A DNA stretch of 64,000 bases from Bugula neritina (Eukaryota > Animalia > Bryozoa). The notes beneath the pieces were generated by a model that worked only from the letters and a program-made list of their open reading frames with translations, made no database searches and was not told the DNA's origin. Where the stretch lies: positions 17,047,781-17,111,780 of the forward strand of contig OZ037767.1 in NCBI GenBank assembly GCA_964035545.1. Direction: 5' to 3'. Position numbers and translations under genes: made by a program. Every line of letters begins with the position of its first letter. The first letter of the stretch is position 1. Positions 38,201 through 53,200 of the stretch are shown here, piece after piece.

Positions 38201-41200
38201 AAATCATTATTGGAAAGTTATCACCTATTTTACACTTCTTAAACATTCAACTATTACTTTATCCGAAAGAGACTAATCGTACTTACAAGTTTATTTCCCC
38301 TTTGATTTAAAAAAACTGCAGTGGTTGAAGTAAAGATTATAAGAGTAAGAAGGTTTGTAGGAAGCACATCTTAAAACCCACCCCAGATCTGTTTAAACAG
38401 GAGCAGGAATATGAACATTATTGTTGTTAATTATTTTAGGTAGACATTGTTGGTTATTATAACTGTTGGTTGTTATTGTTGGTTGTTGAAACATTAAAAC
38501 AATCACTGCTACAAACGCTTACTACGAAGAGTAACCTACCCACCCTCACTTACTACTGGTCTTAGCCACTGAGAGTTTATGCTAATTCTTTACACTGTTC
38601 TTTATAGAAATAAAAATTCTGGCACAAGGCATAATTTTCACATTTGTAAAATTTTTACAGACTTCATAATAATATATATTTAAGTAACATTGTGGAGCAT
38701 CTAACAGTAAGACAGGTATTGTAGATAACGTGCCACAAGGTGATTTATCATTACACATGATTAAGCAGTCAAGAAATATGAAAGATATAGGAATAGATGA
38801 TGATATGATCAAAAACATCAAGAATGACGGCACTGAAAGTAGATATTTCCTTGTCCCCAGACAACTATAATGACCAACCTGTATAAGAACATACATTCAG
38901 CATGATGCAAGTTTAGCCAATCTTATACCAGGAAACACAAAACAGTGAATCTGCTTTACCATTTGCCAATAGTTTTCTTGTCACTTTTGAAGAAGGAAAA
39001 CTGAAATTGTGGTTGAATAGCTTGGTGCACATTTGAGCTTTTAAAAACTGACCAAAGCTTATTTTGCAAAACAAATTTTCAAAATTTATAGCAAAAAAAT
39101 CCCTTCCTAAAGATTTAGAGGATGTGGCGGAGGGCGGTTAATAAACTTGAGGAATTTATGAAACCCTCCTGCAGCTGCTGGAGTGTATATCCAGCCATTA
39201 TTATCTTATTAAAACGACTTATTATTCAAAATGCTGATAAATTATCCTTAAATAAGCCTATTAAAAACTCCTTATTGAAATAGAAGTGTTATTAGAATTC
39301 CTAACATTACGATAGCTTCCAAGTAGATCATTTTTTGCTTCCTCTATGCCCGCAGCTTTGGCGAAAAGAAAAAAAAAAATCAAATTTAACTCTACTCAGT
39401 ATGGCTACGGCTATCTTTATCAACCATGCTTCTTGCCAACAATAGCAAGCGGAACATGGTTTCAATTATCTATCAGAGAAAAGCTGACCATATTGGACAT
39501 GCCGTGTGTTCCAGAGAGACTTGTTGCCCTGGTAGACCTTACATGGTAACCATAATCAATACTCCTGACATGGTAATGAATGCATTCATCATCATATCGG
39601 TGGTTGAAAGCAGATAATATCAGAGATAATTAAGGCATATCTGAATAGAACTTGTCTGTTTTAAAGGTAAATAATGTATTGACATCCTATTGTTATTCAG
39701 TTGTGGAAGTTATGTTAAGATGTAAACTTGAAATATCTCCTTTGTGATAGGTTATTAAATGCATAATGTCCAAACATGCATATTAATGGAATATATACAT
39801 AATTTTATACATGTTTAGCAGTCATCAATAAGACGCCACTTTCCCTATTACAATACAAACAGAGAGGCGTGTAATCACTAGTGTTTCCTGTGCTAGGTTC
39901 AAATTACCGAAAGACTCTTGCGAGTTGACCTATACATAATAAATGCACAATTGATGCAAACTACCAATCATTACTCTTAAGTAAAATAAGTTTTTCAAAC
40001 ATAGGTTGTTACAAAAATAAGGCTTGTTTTGACTATTACTGACTCATTTGTATAAATTTGCATTCTTGAAAATTAAAAACGTGACTTGACAATAATTTGA
40101 GTGAGAAACGGTCAGTGTAGTGTCGGGAAGAGTACAGGTATAAGTAGTAGGTTGAAAAGGCTGTCTGCTAACAGTACACACATTTCCAGTGAGCCCCTGG
40201 CTATGCACTGAAAAGACAGCTTTGTATTGTGAAATAAAAGCAGCTTTGACAGGCAAAAGGCAGTGTAACTACGTATTGGTGGTAATAACTATAATAATAT
40301 AACTTGGACTTTAGATATTATAATATATTTCTTTTTTATTATTACAAAGCTAAACATTCTACATCAAATGCAGTATTAAAATAGAAAAAAATATGTCTAG
40401 AAAAGGTATCGCTGATGTAATCATATCGCATAATATATTTTCGAAAATTACGTACCAGTAGGCCATTAAAAAGAATAACGTAAAAGCTTTCTAAATATAT
40501 AACCGCTAGGCTTCAAGGGCTGTTAAAAATTTGACTCAGCATGTTTTCCAAATTTTACTAATGAGTTGTGATTCCACAAGTGCACCTGCCCTAGTGCTCA
40601 GTAGGGCGCAGCGTGTTACAGCTTCATCATAATAGTTTCAATATCACATCAAGGCAAAGCTTTTGCTCCAAATGCAACAGAAAATAGGGAGCTTCATCAA
40701 AATTAAGATAAATGGTAGCAACTGGGAAAAATAAAAAACATCAAATTAGAAATTTACGTACATGAACAAAAAAGAATTAAATAAACTGGTAATTGAAAGT
40801 AATATTTATTGCCTCCCCTAAAAATTTATTACTGCAGAAAAATATGTAAGTACTTGGAATAAACTTGCTATTCAGGTGCAGCAGCTAAAAATAGCCCAAC
40901 TTAGAAAATCAGTACCGACACTGGTAATTAAAATTAGATAAGCAAAAACGTAATGCAGGAAACTTCATGCTGGGCACCAGAATGCTAATTATATATATAT
41001 ATGTACTACAGGGACATAATGATTATTTATTGAGATTTTATGTAAATGGCGGGTTAAAGAGTTGAACCGCAAGAATATGGCTACGCTGTAGTTATAGAGA
41101 GTTACCCAGCGCAGACATAATAGAGCAATATTAGACATTAACATGATGTCTCCACGCTATTATTACTTTTTACTTATTATAGTCATTATACCTGCTGTTC

Positions 41201-44200
41201 ATAACTATTCATAGCTTTTCATAGCTTTTCACAGCTTTTCACAGCACTTCATAGCTTTTAGTAATTACAAACCAGAGTCGACGTATTTTGTAGTAAGCAG
41301 TAATTTGGTTACTGGAAAATCTTCAAACCATAAAATCAAAACATTATCTATATTGTACTGTCAGTCAAATTTATCTTCTCGTTAAATAATTTCCAAAAAC
41401 TCAATCAATAAGAATTTCATATGCTGTAAGCTAGTGTTAAATGTTGTGTACCAAATCAAAATTACAACTTGTAATAACAAATTGCTCAAGAAATAGAATT
41501 CCTAAAAATAAGTGGGCCTCAGGCTGGAGGCTTTCTACCTGATAATGGTAAAAGCTATACATCGCTATATTTATGTTTTTCAAAGTCAAAGTTGCCATTA
41601 ATTCAAATGTAAGGGATTTCTTAAGTTTTTCAATAAATCAAACTTTCTAAAATAAGTGCTAGGCTCTACTTCTCTCCAGCTCATAACAACCCAACAGTTG
41701 GAATGCTCCATGTTTTGGAGTATTAATAATCCAGTACTGAATGAACCCGCAATCTACAGTACATCTGAAGATAGCAGGAGAGTACAAGCAGGTATTCCTT
41801 ATCACTACAGTGCACTTCAATTTACCAATATCAAACTGTATAGGGCCAAAATTCTTAATCATTAAAACTTTGAATGGCAATTACAGAGATAACTTTCAAA
41901 TTTTGACCCATCAATAAATAAAATCAAAAAGTTTGAATCTGAAATTGACAATTTAATTAAATTCAACCAGATTTAGTTTGAATTTGGCCAAAAATTAACA
42001 TTTATAATCTTAAATTCAAGCCATGTTCAACATTAGGAAAAAAAATGTACGAGCAGAGCTTTAGATCTTGGGACAAAATGTAGGTGTCCATGAGGCAATT
42101 GCATTATTGAAGCTCTTGTTATAGTTATAGCTAGTAACACCACACTGGTTCCATCACAGAAATGTTAGCTAAATACACAGACCAATACTAACTATTTTTG
42201 ATAATATAAACTTTTATGAAGTATAATTGGATCCATGCACAAAAGTGTGAAAGTGAACATATGCAGCGTAGAACTTCTCAAAGCTGAGAGCTTGCTGCTT
42301 CAGCAAAATCTGCTTTAATGTATATATGAATAGCCTTTAAATATGCACATAGATTATAGCTCCCTGCAATAATTGGATGGTTAGAAGTGTTTGAAATTGT
42401 TTTTCAGACTCGCTTAAAAGATATCTAGGACATTATGGCTGGTAAAGTGTGGCTGCAAACCAACATATTGAACTCAGTTGACAGCTGAGAAATATTGTAG
42501 CCTAAGGGCTTAAGCCAACGTGTTCCCGTAACAATTTGTACCCACCATCATCAACCACTCTAGCCACACCCTCCACCGCTGGGATGAGCTTAGCCAACTG
42601 ACAGGCTGTGGACATGTGAAAAAATGTATTAGCCTATAGTAGAAGCATGATAAATAGATGCTTACTAGAGCTATTGAGATGAGATACACTAAAGGAAGAA
42701 GTGCACGAGGTATGGCTTAATGGTGCGTTGAATGTGATAGTAGAGAGCTCTGTGTGGTGGTATGCCAAGGGTGTGGCGTATATGTCTGTGTACAGCATAT
42801 ATAAGGGCAAGCAGGTCAGGAGGGTAGCTCTGTGAATAGAGGATTCTGCTGAAGTGCAGAGCTGTTGGAAACTAACCAGCTAAGACAACCACCGCTGCTT
42901 ACAAAAAGAGAAAACAAACATTTCTGCTATGCAATTAAAATAAACAACAGAAGAAAAAAAAGTAGCATTTTTTAATCGTAATGCATTAATAGGTGCAACC
43001 TATTTTTAAAATGGAATGAATGCAAGCTGCTGGAAAGTCTGGAAACACCGTTGAATCTAACAATATCCACTTCACAAACATGGAAGACAAACACCAGGGA
43101 TTGCTCAGTCGGATTTTAATTATTCTCATTTATTTCTTGCTAAATGGAGAAGTTGCAGAAAGTGGTATGGTGCTTCCTAAGAACAACTGCTTTCGAGTAA
43201 GTAACTATAATACTTGCCATATAACCTAACAACATTTTACGGCATTGTTAAAATATCAAAAAACCTAATTTGATACATTAAAGTATTTTGTTATATAAAA
43301 ATATAAAGCAATTTAACCCATAAATCTTTATCAAACTTAACTTTGAGACAAGTTTTGCATAATTGCATCAACATCAGTTATCAATGCACTTCTATACAAC
43401 TTGAATTTTACGATAAATTTGTAATTGGTGCATGAAAACACGCAGTGCTATTCAACTAAATCAGTGAACATTTAGGAGGCAAAGACCAGCCATTGTAGTG
43501 GAAATAGTTACCAAAGGTAAATATCTAGGCAAGTCAATTTATAGCAAACTTATTTTATTTATTATAGTTGCCATTATTTTAACTAATTTTCAATCATTTT
43601 GAATCTATAAAAAAATTTTCAAGCTAAAGCATGATGAGACTTAAATAGATTGGCAGCTATTTACATATTTTGAAAGCTGCTTATAAGCCTTTATTTTTAA
43701 GAAGCATAAAATAACTAGTTTATTGTTTTCATAGATATTAAAAAATGCAGCCTAAAGGGATTTCTCAGCCAAAAAATAATTCTGCCGAGTCTATGAATCA
43801 ATATTGAATATGTTTGTTTACATTTCAATCACCAGGTTGGTTTTTCCCAGGCTTAACTTCAACGGGCATCAAAAACTGGGAACTTTATAGTGGAAAGCCC
43901 AGTAGCATGGCTGTTGTTCAAATGACCTTGAACTAAATAGTGAAGAAGTCTTTTTCTAGTCATGTTAAAAAAATAAAACGCTTTTTCAAAGCTAAACTCC
44001 TAAAGTATAGAAATACAAAAAGTTAGACTAGATTCTAGAAGAAAGTAAAATCAAACTAATGTTATAGGTTGGAATATTAAACATAGTCTATTTGACATGA
44101 AAATTGTTTACTTTTTGCATTATTTCAAATAAGTAATGTGCGATTATGTAACGTACTATTAACTGCTTAATCACTATTCTACCAAAAAAAAGTAAAAAAC

Positions 44201-47200
44201 AATGAATCCGTTAAAAATGTATGACACTAAGTAATGGGCTGTTAGGAGCAAATCTCTACTAAGGTTTGTGCATTGCAATTTGTAATTGATTAGACTTTAG
44301 AAGTTATCTGTTGATGCTTTATATGCAAAAAATTATTCAAAAAATCAAATTAGCAAAAAAATATATTTTGATCAACAAATGCAGTTTTATAATTCAGAAA
44401 TTAATCAAGTTATTCAATGACTTCTCTCGGTCAAACATGCCAACCTAATTATGTTAATAACACTTCCATGAGACGCAAAGTATACCATTGCGTTTCAACA
44501 CCAAGGAGATCTAGGCTTTGAAACCATCTTTATAGCCTCTATTTAGGGATTCATTAAAATACCTGTGCTATGGAAATTGCTATTTTTCCCTACAGTAAAA
44601 TTAATATTCACTACTATTAACGGAAAACTGCCTATCTGCAACACAGATGATGTTACTTTTCACGTCTCTATTTATAAGGCAATAGGAAGTCATGGATTGT
44701 CAAAAAATATTGTGAAAGTGGTAAATATAGGACAAGCTTGTAAGTACAGAAACTGAGTTTATACGCCGTATATTATAGTAAGAAATTTTCTGAACCAATT
44801 ATTCATATCATGATTCAGCATCTTTAGTCTCATTAGTTCTTTAAAGCGATACTATTTAGGAACTGAAACATCGGGTTTTGTTATTTAGCAAAAGCAGAGT
44901 ACTAAATTGACATTTATGAAAGTGGGCATACCTATTCAAAACCAAATTACTCTCAACAGGAAACTCAAGGCTGTGTTTGTCGCATTGCTTATGATAAAAG
45001 GGCAGAGGATTAATTTCGAAATGTATTGTTTCAGCTTATTTGTGCCTGCATCTATTACATCTTCTTCCCAAGTGAACGCAAGATGGCAGCTTTATTTCTG
45101 TAACTTCTACACTTTGCTTAATTCTTTTCTTCTCTCCTTTACCTACGATATCTTGCTGACTGTTTCCCTTCACCGTGCTCAATGTGCTGTCGCTACCTTT
45201 GTAGACATTGCGTGTTCGTCCTGTCGCTGCTCGTACAACCGCCCCTCCCAGTTCTGCTGACTCTAGCGACGAGGGAAGCACAAGTTGTGTTGCGGGCACA
45301 CTGCTGTGTCCCGAGGAACTGCTCAGGGAAGGTGGTAGAGATGCTCAGTCTATCAGGGTTGGTATCCATGCAACAGCTTCCATAATGTGGCCAACATACA
45401 ACACTTCCATCAAAATATATGTTAATAGCTGTAGGTTTCAATAATAGAAGAAAAAAATTTTCATGAAATTCTGGTCACCGCTTCTTCATCCAATAAATTT
45501 TATCAGGTTTTCCATGTGATAAATAATATTGTAGCTGCAGATAGGCAGACTGCTCGATGCATTCCTACGAGGGAACACTTCACCACACAAAATTTTTTAA
45601 CAATAACAGTTTAATAATACAAGGTTATTTTAATGACTGGAGCACATATTTTAAAGTTTATCATAAATTTTAGTGACAGTTACTACAAAACAGATGTTGC
45701 TAAACCTTGCTTTCACTTTGAGCATAATTTATAGGTCCAGTTATGGTTGACAATATAATGAGGTGAATATTTCAAAGCTTTTTATTATTAAATGACGGAC
45801 AATTAATGTTTAATAGACTTTCTTCAGAACTTCAAAAGTGAATAACAGAGAAAAACAGGTTTAACCACCATATAAATCATAGAAGAAAGTTTACATAAAT
45901 TCTCTGGGTGAAATATGTTTTATGATGTAAGCAATATAGCAATATAACTTTATAACTTTGTTTTAGAGCCCAAAATAGCAATATTCATTTAGAACTGTGT
46001 TACCGAGACCAAAATAAAAGTAATAATGTATAACTGTGTTATAGAGACCAAGAGCACCGAATGAAGTTGTCTACTTTATTGCTGATGATGTAAATTCATG
46101 CATATACTGGAGATGCCTGACTTCCATCACAGCTGTAAGAATGCGGTGTGCCCCTGGCTCAAAAGTACCGGACAATTACGTAGGCGGGTCTGGAAACCCC
46201 TGCACTGTAAGATACTTTGAGTCAGCCAGCAAAGCTTGCACAAAGAAATCTTCAACAACTGAAAGTGTTACGACCAGAGTATGTTGATCTCTAAACATAA
46301 AGTGCAATTTCATTCTCTGGAAAAACCAAAAACTCACTTATCACAACATATACGTAAAAATTATTAAGTATTGAAAACTTTTGATTAACCTATAGAATTC
46401 ACTTGTCTCTTGCAGGCAACACCGATTTTACCGACACTTTCAGGAGGTATAGTTGTACCAACAGAGATTCCTGGTCCTGTGACTCGACCTCCGTTCACAA
46501 CAAACTCTGTGGGTAATGCTGCAGATGCAGCTGACACTTCATCTGAACCAATCACAGAGCGCTCACGTTTAACACTGTTATTACCTCGAAGAAATCGGGG
46601 TAGATCCCCACTCTCTTTAATAAGCCCACCAACAACCACTGTTCAACCAACCACGAAACCTCCAGAAGTGCTAGATCTACGAGTAGCAAGTGTACCAACT
46701 ATTTCTCCATCTGCAGGACAGCCAAGGTCGTCTGCAGGACAGCCAAGGTCCGGGTTAGCAAATATTCTGCCCACACCGCCAAATAATAACCAAGCATCAA
46801 GAACCAACAATAATCGAGGCAGTTCAACTATAGCTTGAGGACCACTGGATATTGTAAAGGGATGCATCAGGTATGTGTTGATACTTCTAGTAAAGCCCAC
46901 CACAGACACTTACAATAAGTGTCATCTTAATAAAACATTCCAGACGGAAAAGTATTCCACCAAAGCAACAGCGTTTCATTTTGACAAATATGGTATGTGA
47001 ACAAAAACAGATCGGCCTTCTAACAATTATTGTGTTTTATTGATGTTTGATATATATATATATATACCCTGCACCTGCACCAGGTAACTATTAGGTAAAA
47101 TATGATGGATATTTTTCAAATTTCCACTCTACCAATTAATCATTCAGATATGTTATTTTAGTCAATTATGTCAAAGTCAATGTTGACACACAATAGATAT

Positions 47201-50200
47201 ATATTTTAGTCAATTATGTCAATGTTGGTGCACAATAGATATATGCACTGCACAAGATGGAGGGTTGAAATAATTAGTGATTTATATAATTTCCTCTATT
47301 CAGTAAATACATAAAAGGATAAAATTTGGCATTCAAACTTGGTTATAATAAATCACAGTATTGATCTTCATTGAGTGATTGAAAGGGGACAAAAATATGA
47401 ATAGAACCGGAAAATTCAACTAATTTCTACTGTCAAAGTAACTAATTTCTAGATACGTTACAAAATGGCCACATGGAATTGACAGCCTGGCATGTAAGCA
47501 ACGCTCAAAGCTATTATATGAGCTGAATATTATAGTCATAACTAAAGTAGGCAGGGACACTTCACCTGGAAATACAAATTTATGTGATTAATGGGCTTTT
47601 AAAACTCAAATTTTTTAGCTAACCAAAAATTTGTTATACAAAAATGCACAAATTGGAGCAACAAAAATAAAATGTTTCAAAACAGACTGATCTGTGATCG
47701 AGAAACTTGTGTCTACGAAACAAGAAAGGGTTAATTTTACATATTCCAGATTTTTGTGTAAAATGAAGCACCCAAATATTTTGTAAAAACACCAAAATAT
47801 TTTGTAAAAAAACACCAAAATTGGATAAGACAGTTTATTAAATTATACAGCATTGACTGTGAACAGAATTGTAGATGCACTCATTTAGTTAGATATTCTT
47901 AGAAAATAAATTCATATCCATAAGGAGTACGCATGTGGATGAATAATGAATGAATAATGGGATTGAGTACATGCTTGGTAGAGTTGGTAGTGGCAGTGCC
48001 CCTCAAATACTAATTAAAGTATAATATATTTAGATCCAAGGTGTAAATACAATGTAGATGCCTGATTCATTAGGAGTGTTAGCTGTTCATGTCACTGCAA
48101 ACTACTCAACACATAGGGGGGTGTCATAGCTTGAACAGAGCAATGGATAAGAGGACATTTACGGATTTATTAATAGCTTTACCTGTACATTTACTACTAT
48201 AATAATTATGTCGAGCAAGGTCACTAGACTCATATCATAAACTAGAACAATGGAACTTGAAAATATCTCTTTTTGATCTCAGAGTGCAGGAATTATCAAT
48301 AATTCTAATAAAATTTTTGAAGCATGCATTTGTTGAGGTGAAGGAATTTTGTGATGGAGAAGGTTCTTGATCGCATTCGGATATATACTTTACTGCCTAC
48401 GGTACCTTGTCTGGGTTGCAGAAACTCAATTAGTAGAACTTAGTACAAATAATATTAATAATAGAAATGAAATGTGTTGTAATAGTTTGCCCCCATTGTC
48501 TTTACCTCGGTTCATTGTTACAAATAATTGTGAATGATGCCAATCTACTGCGAGTACGCTTACCACGTAGTGTAGATTTACTAATAGTATCGTGGTTGTG
48601 GCTTTTTTAAAGTTAGCTTCAAAACGATCATTAATTATTATTTTTGATTGTATTGCAAATAAATTTATTGCTCAGTCCAAGTAGACAATGGCAGGAAAAG
48701 CATCTGGCAGACAAAGGGAAAATATGATGGCAGTTCTAATATCTGACATAAAAGTAAAATATTGCTTGGTGTTAATTATAGATGGGGTGTAGTTATTAGT
48801 AGTAGGCATTAGATTTCACACCAACTTCTTTGATGTGAAACATTGGTAGAGGAATTCAATAATATACAGGAAATTATTGAGGAAATAAGCTAATTACATA
48901 AAATACTGCTTGCATAGTTTTATGTAACTTTATGAATTATCATTTTCAAATAATGAACCTGTTGCCATTTGTTAGAATACTGGTTTGCAACACTTCCTGA
49001 TTTGAAGCTTCTTAGACGATTCTTTTTTCTAAATTTATGGGTGTTTATATAACTTAAATTATACTCATTATTCAAGCAGTATTATACGACTTGTAAGGTA
49101 CGCAGGGGTTTTATGCAAATGAATGATTGGACGTTATGAAGACAGAATGTGTGTGTGAGCACTGGACTTTCAAATATTGCTAAAAATAGTAAAAAGGAAA
49201 TTAATTTAAACTTGATGTTAAATATGGGTTAATCAAAAAACATCATTTGTTATTGATTAGGTATCATTATTAGATTCATACACCTCTCTTTATTGCTGCG
49301 TTCTATATAACTAAGTAGGCTTTACATCCTAAAACTACATTAATCTTGTAGGTCCATTACGAAGAGAAACACTGAATCTAGAAGATGCAGAGTAATTACC
49401 TTATACCCTATGCTTGTATTAAACACAGATCATTCCTTAGGTGAACTTGGAGGAATATTTCCACAGGAGACAATCCTAATTTTAAAAACTTGGAGCAGCT
49501 ACTAAGCTAAAAATGTGTAAATCAGTAGCAGGCTGAGTACCACCAATAACAACATATTGTAATACTCGCTGGTAAAGATATTAGTTTGACAGTATTTTTC
49601 TTCAATTTAGTACGAAAGCTTTTACAATTCTTACAAGTACTATTTTCAATAGGATTTTATTGGAATGCAACCTATTTTTTTAGTCTCAGTTATAGATATT
49701 TATTAATATTACTCATAGTATTAGACATTGCAATTTGTCAATTACTGGTAATACTACTGTTTGGTCACCTTTCTCAAGCTGCTGACAAGGTTAGACAGAG
49801 TATGTATTTTTAGGATGGTTATTTTAAACAAATTTATTTCATCAGCATGTTGAAATTATCAAGCATAATTTAATAAAAAAACATGACTGGGAATTTAAAA
49901 GTTTATTACCGACAGAATTATGTTGTCGAAACCTTTTTCATTAACAAAACTGTAGCAGCAGGGAAACTAGCTGTTGCTCATTCAATAATTTGTTCAAATG
50001 TGTTTTATTAAGGATTCAATGTAAGATTAGTAACAGTATTTGCAGAAACAATACATAAAACCAAAAGTCTGAAGCAAAATATAAACTTTGATAACATGTC
50101 AACTAGTGAAAACAAAATGGTTACAAGAATAAGCTTTGACTTGATATTCAATTCTTTACTACTTTCCAAAACAGAGTCGTTGTGTTTCAGCTACTCTCAC

Positions 50201-53200
50201 CTGTAGAGCAAGTTACAAATATATATTAACATGATACCATGAACTAATACATGTGCAGCTCCAGCCAAAACTTTGTGTGAGCATAATTTGCATTGCATTG
50301 AATTTTAAATTACCATAATTATTTTATATATACACTAGAGTAAGTATATCAGGTAAAGGTGTTGTATTCTGACCATGCAAATCTGCTGGTGGGAGAGAAA
50401 AAGTGAGAATATTTAATAGACTAGTAGGCCAATACTAGCAACCTTAAAGAATCTCTGACGTACTTCATTCATGCAGTATTAAAATATTCATATATATCTT
50501 AGCTACTATCGTTTTAGCATACAACCCTCAAACAGTAGGCTATGTGGATGATAGCTAAGCTATATATGAACAGTTTAATACTGCATAAACCAAGCGTGTC
50601 AGAGATTCTTAAGGTAGCGTGCACAAGGATTAGCTGTACAGAGTGTCTAGCTGTTCACAAAAACTTACTATAATTATTATAATATGTAGTTTTACTATTT
50701 AAGCATCTCATCTAATTGCTTTCAACAAAAAGGAAGAAACTTTCAGCATGAAATATAACGTTGCTGATTCTATAGATGCTGAAACAACATTTCTCATTTC
50801 TCTCAGAAAATATTATTCAGTATAATAACTCAATTCAAAGAAACATGTACGTACCTTGCCAGCTGTTAACAGATCTCACTTCTGACTTTTGTCATCATTC
50901 AGAACTTAGAGGATAGCGATTATTTTAATTATTAAAACTGCAAGTCTTAGCAAAGCGCTGTTCGATTGAATTCAAAGTGAGGTAATGCACAAGCTAGAGA
51001 TTGCACGAGTGAGGTATGGCACGAGTGAGGTATGGCACGAGTGAGGTATTGCACGAGTGAAGTATTGCACGAGACCGCAGCTGTAGCTAGCATGCTAGTG
51101 GCGCGCCTACAATTCACACACCTACACAGTACGTTCTCCGCCTACATTGACACGGTATTGTGTAGTAACAAACAATATTGGCAACAGATAGTCCCGCATG
51201 CTACATGGAAAAGCATGGCAGTTGGAGTGTTTGGGATGGTATGGCGGTAACTCCCATTTGGGCTGGTGGGGCGGGTGTACAGTTACACAGCTTACAAGAA
51301 GAGCAGTAAGTAAACCTACCTTCTAGAAGGAGCCACGAGGTACCGATAGGAAGACGGCTAGTGATGCCCTGTCTAGCATAGATGTTAGCCTTAGAATCCA
51401 CTGCCCACACCATATCGCTCTCATTGTTAACATACACAGCACTGAAGTTACAGTTACATCCCTGCAGAAATCAAAGGGCTGTGCATTGTGGGATATATCT
51501 GTAGTACTCAAAGGGTGATTTTGAAATCTTTTTTTAATGAGTTTAAGTACATTATGCTTATATTACACAATATGGAAGCATTACTTTTAATGCAGAATTA
51601 GAAAGAAAACCTAGGGCCAACGTAAATCAACGTCAGTTTAGTTGGTAAAAGCAATCGAACTAACTTTAAACTCATTGGGGAGAAAGCTAACCAGCAAGAG
51701 AAAGTAATGGAGCTAATTGGTGGCATTGTGGGTACAGAGAGTAGTTTACATGGCTATCTATATCTACACATTTATAACTGCTATATAGCTTGTTAAGAGG
51801 ATTAGCTAGAGTAATTCCCTACAAACACAGATAAATGTACATTGTACCAACTGGTCTCAACAATACACGGACATCAAAGCTTCACAACCAGCAATTAATA
51901 CTAAACTTTCTCTCCATTATAAGGTAAGAGCATGAGAGGCAACTCCTTATAGTCTGTGTATTACAGACTATACAACTGGCAGGTAAGAAATCGAGGGGTA
52001 ATATAATACTATGCAGGTAACCAACATGTGGAAAGGCAACACAATTCAAAGATTGATTTGCTGGAAATTCCTGAGAGTAAATGAGTTAAAACTTCATCAA
52101 ACCTCAGGTTCTCTTATCACATAACCTCTCTCTCAATAAATATTTCAATCACCAAGGATTGGATTAAGAGATTTATTACTGGAACAGGAAATCAACATAC
52201 TTTGCACCATGTAGGACCTATGGCAGAGGAATATTCCAGAATATTATAGAACAGAATTGCACAATGATTATGTTATGCAAGCAGAATGACACTTTAGTGT
52301 CTCATTCTAGCTTCTCATTCCAATGTAGAATCTATTTTTACGACAAATTTACCTCTATACGTGATATGATGAGTAATAACAGGTAATCGATGTTATATTG
52401 CATGGGTTACTGACACCTCACAGCAAGTGTTTGATGTCAGGTGACCTTGAATGGGTTACTGACACCCCACAGTAAGTGGTTGATGTCAGGTGACATTGAA
52501 TGGGTTACTGACACCTCACAGCAAGTATTTGATGTCAGGTGACCTTGAATGGGTTACTGACACCCCACAGCAAGTGTTTGATGTCAGGTGACATTGAATG
52601 GGTTACTGACACCCCACAGCAAGTGGTTAGTGTCAGATACTGAGACCTAGCATTAACTATCAGTAAAAGAATTAAGGTTAATTTCTGTAGATTTTACTGC
52701 TATTCGTAAGCCCTGCATCCTGTACTATCCATGATGAATTACTGGTACTTGTGTGAGTAATTGATTTATTGGAATCATAAACTTTATTATATGATAGATA
52801 TAGAGCTATGTGATAGATATAGAGCTATGTGATAGATATAAAGCTATGTGTTAGATATAGAGCATACGTTAGAGTCGACTGGGATCCAGGCGGGACTCAT
52901 ATCAGTGCTGCTGTCGCGTCTTACATTGATGCCGAGAGACATGCGAACTGACCCAGTAGAGTCTGTGGCCCAGGCTGAGGTCTTGCCCACTGAGAGGTGC
53001 TTGATAGTACCTCTTCCTACAACAGTGTCACTGGAGATAGAGAGCAGAGGCTATAAGGAGAGAGCAGGGGGTATGAAGAAAGCGAGAGCAGAGGGTATGG
53101 AGAGATAGAGAGCAGAGGCTATGGAGGGATGCTGAGGGATTAAGGCTAACTTTACTGCAACAGACAGGTACCACAGGTGAGAGATAATAGATACAACATC

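Noticed and set aside
45182-45385. Alternative frame of the nested gene's exon 2 (HCCVPRNCSG, cystine-knot-like)
   Set aside because: Would need phase-2 junctions; the flanking exons are phase 0 and fit the other frame.
49000-51319. Initial impression that TECPR2 lacks its C-terminus and LIR
   Set aside because: The missing exons were found at 35819-35670 and 35389-35247.
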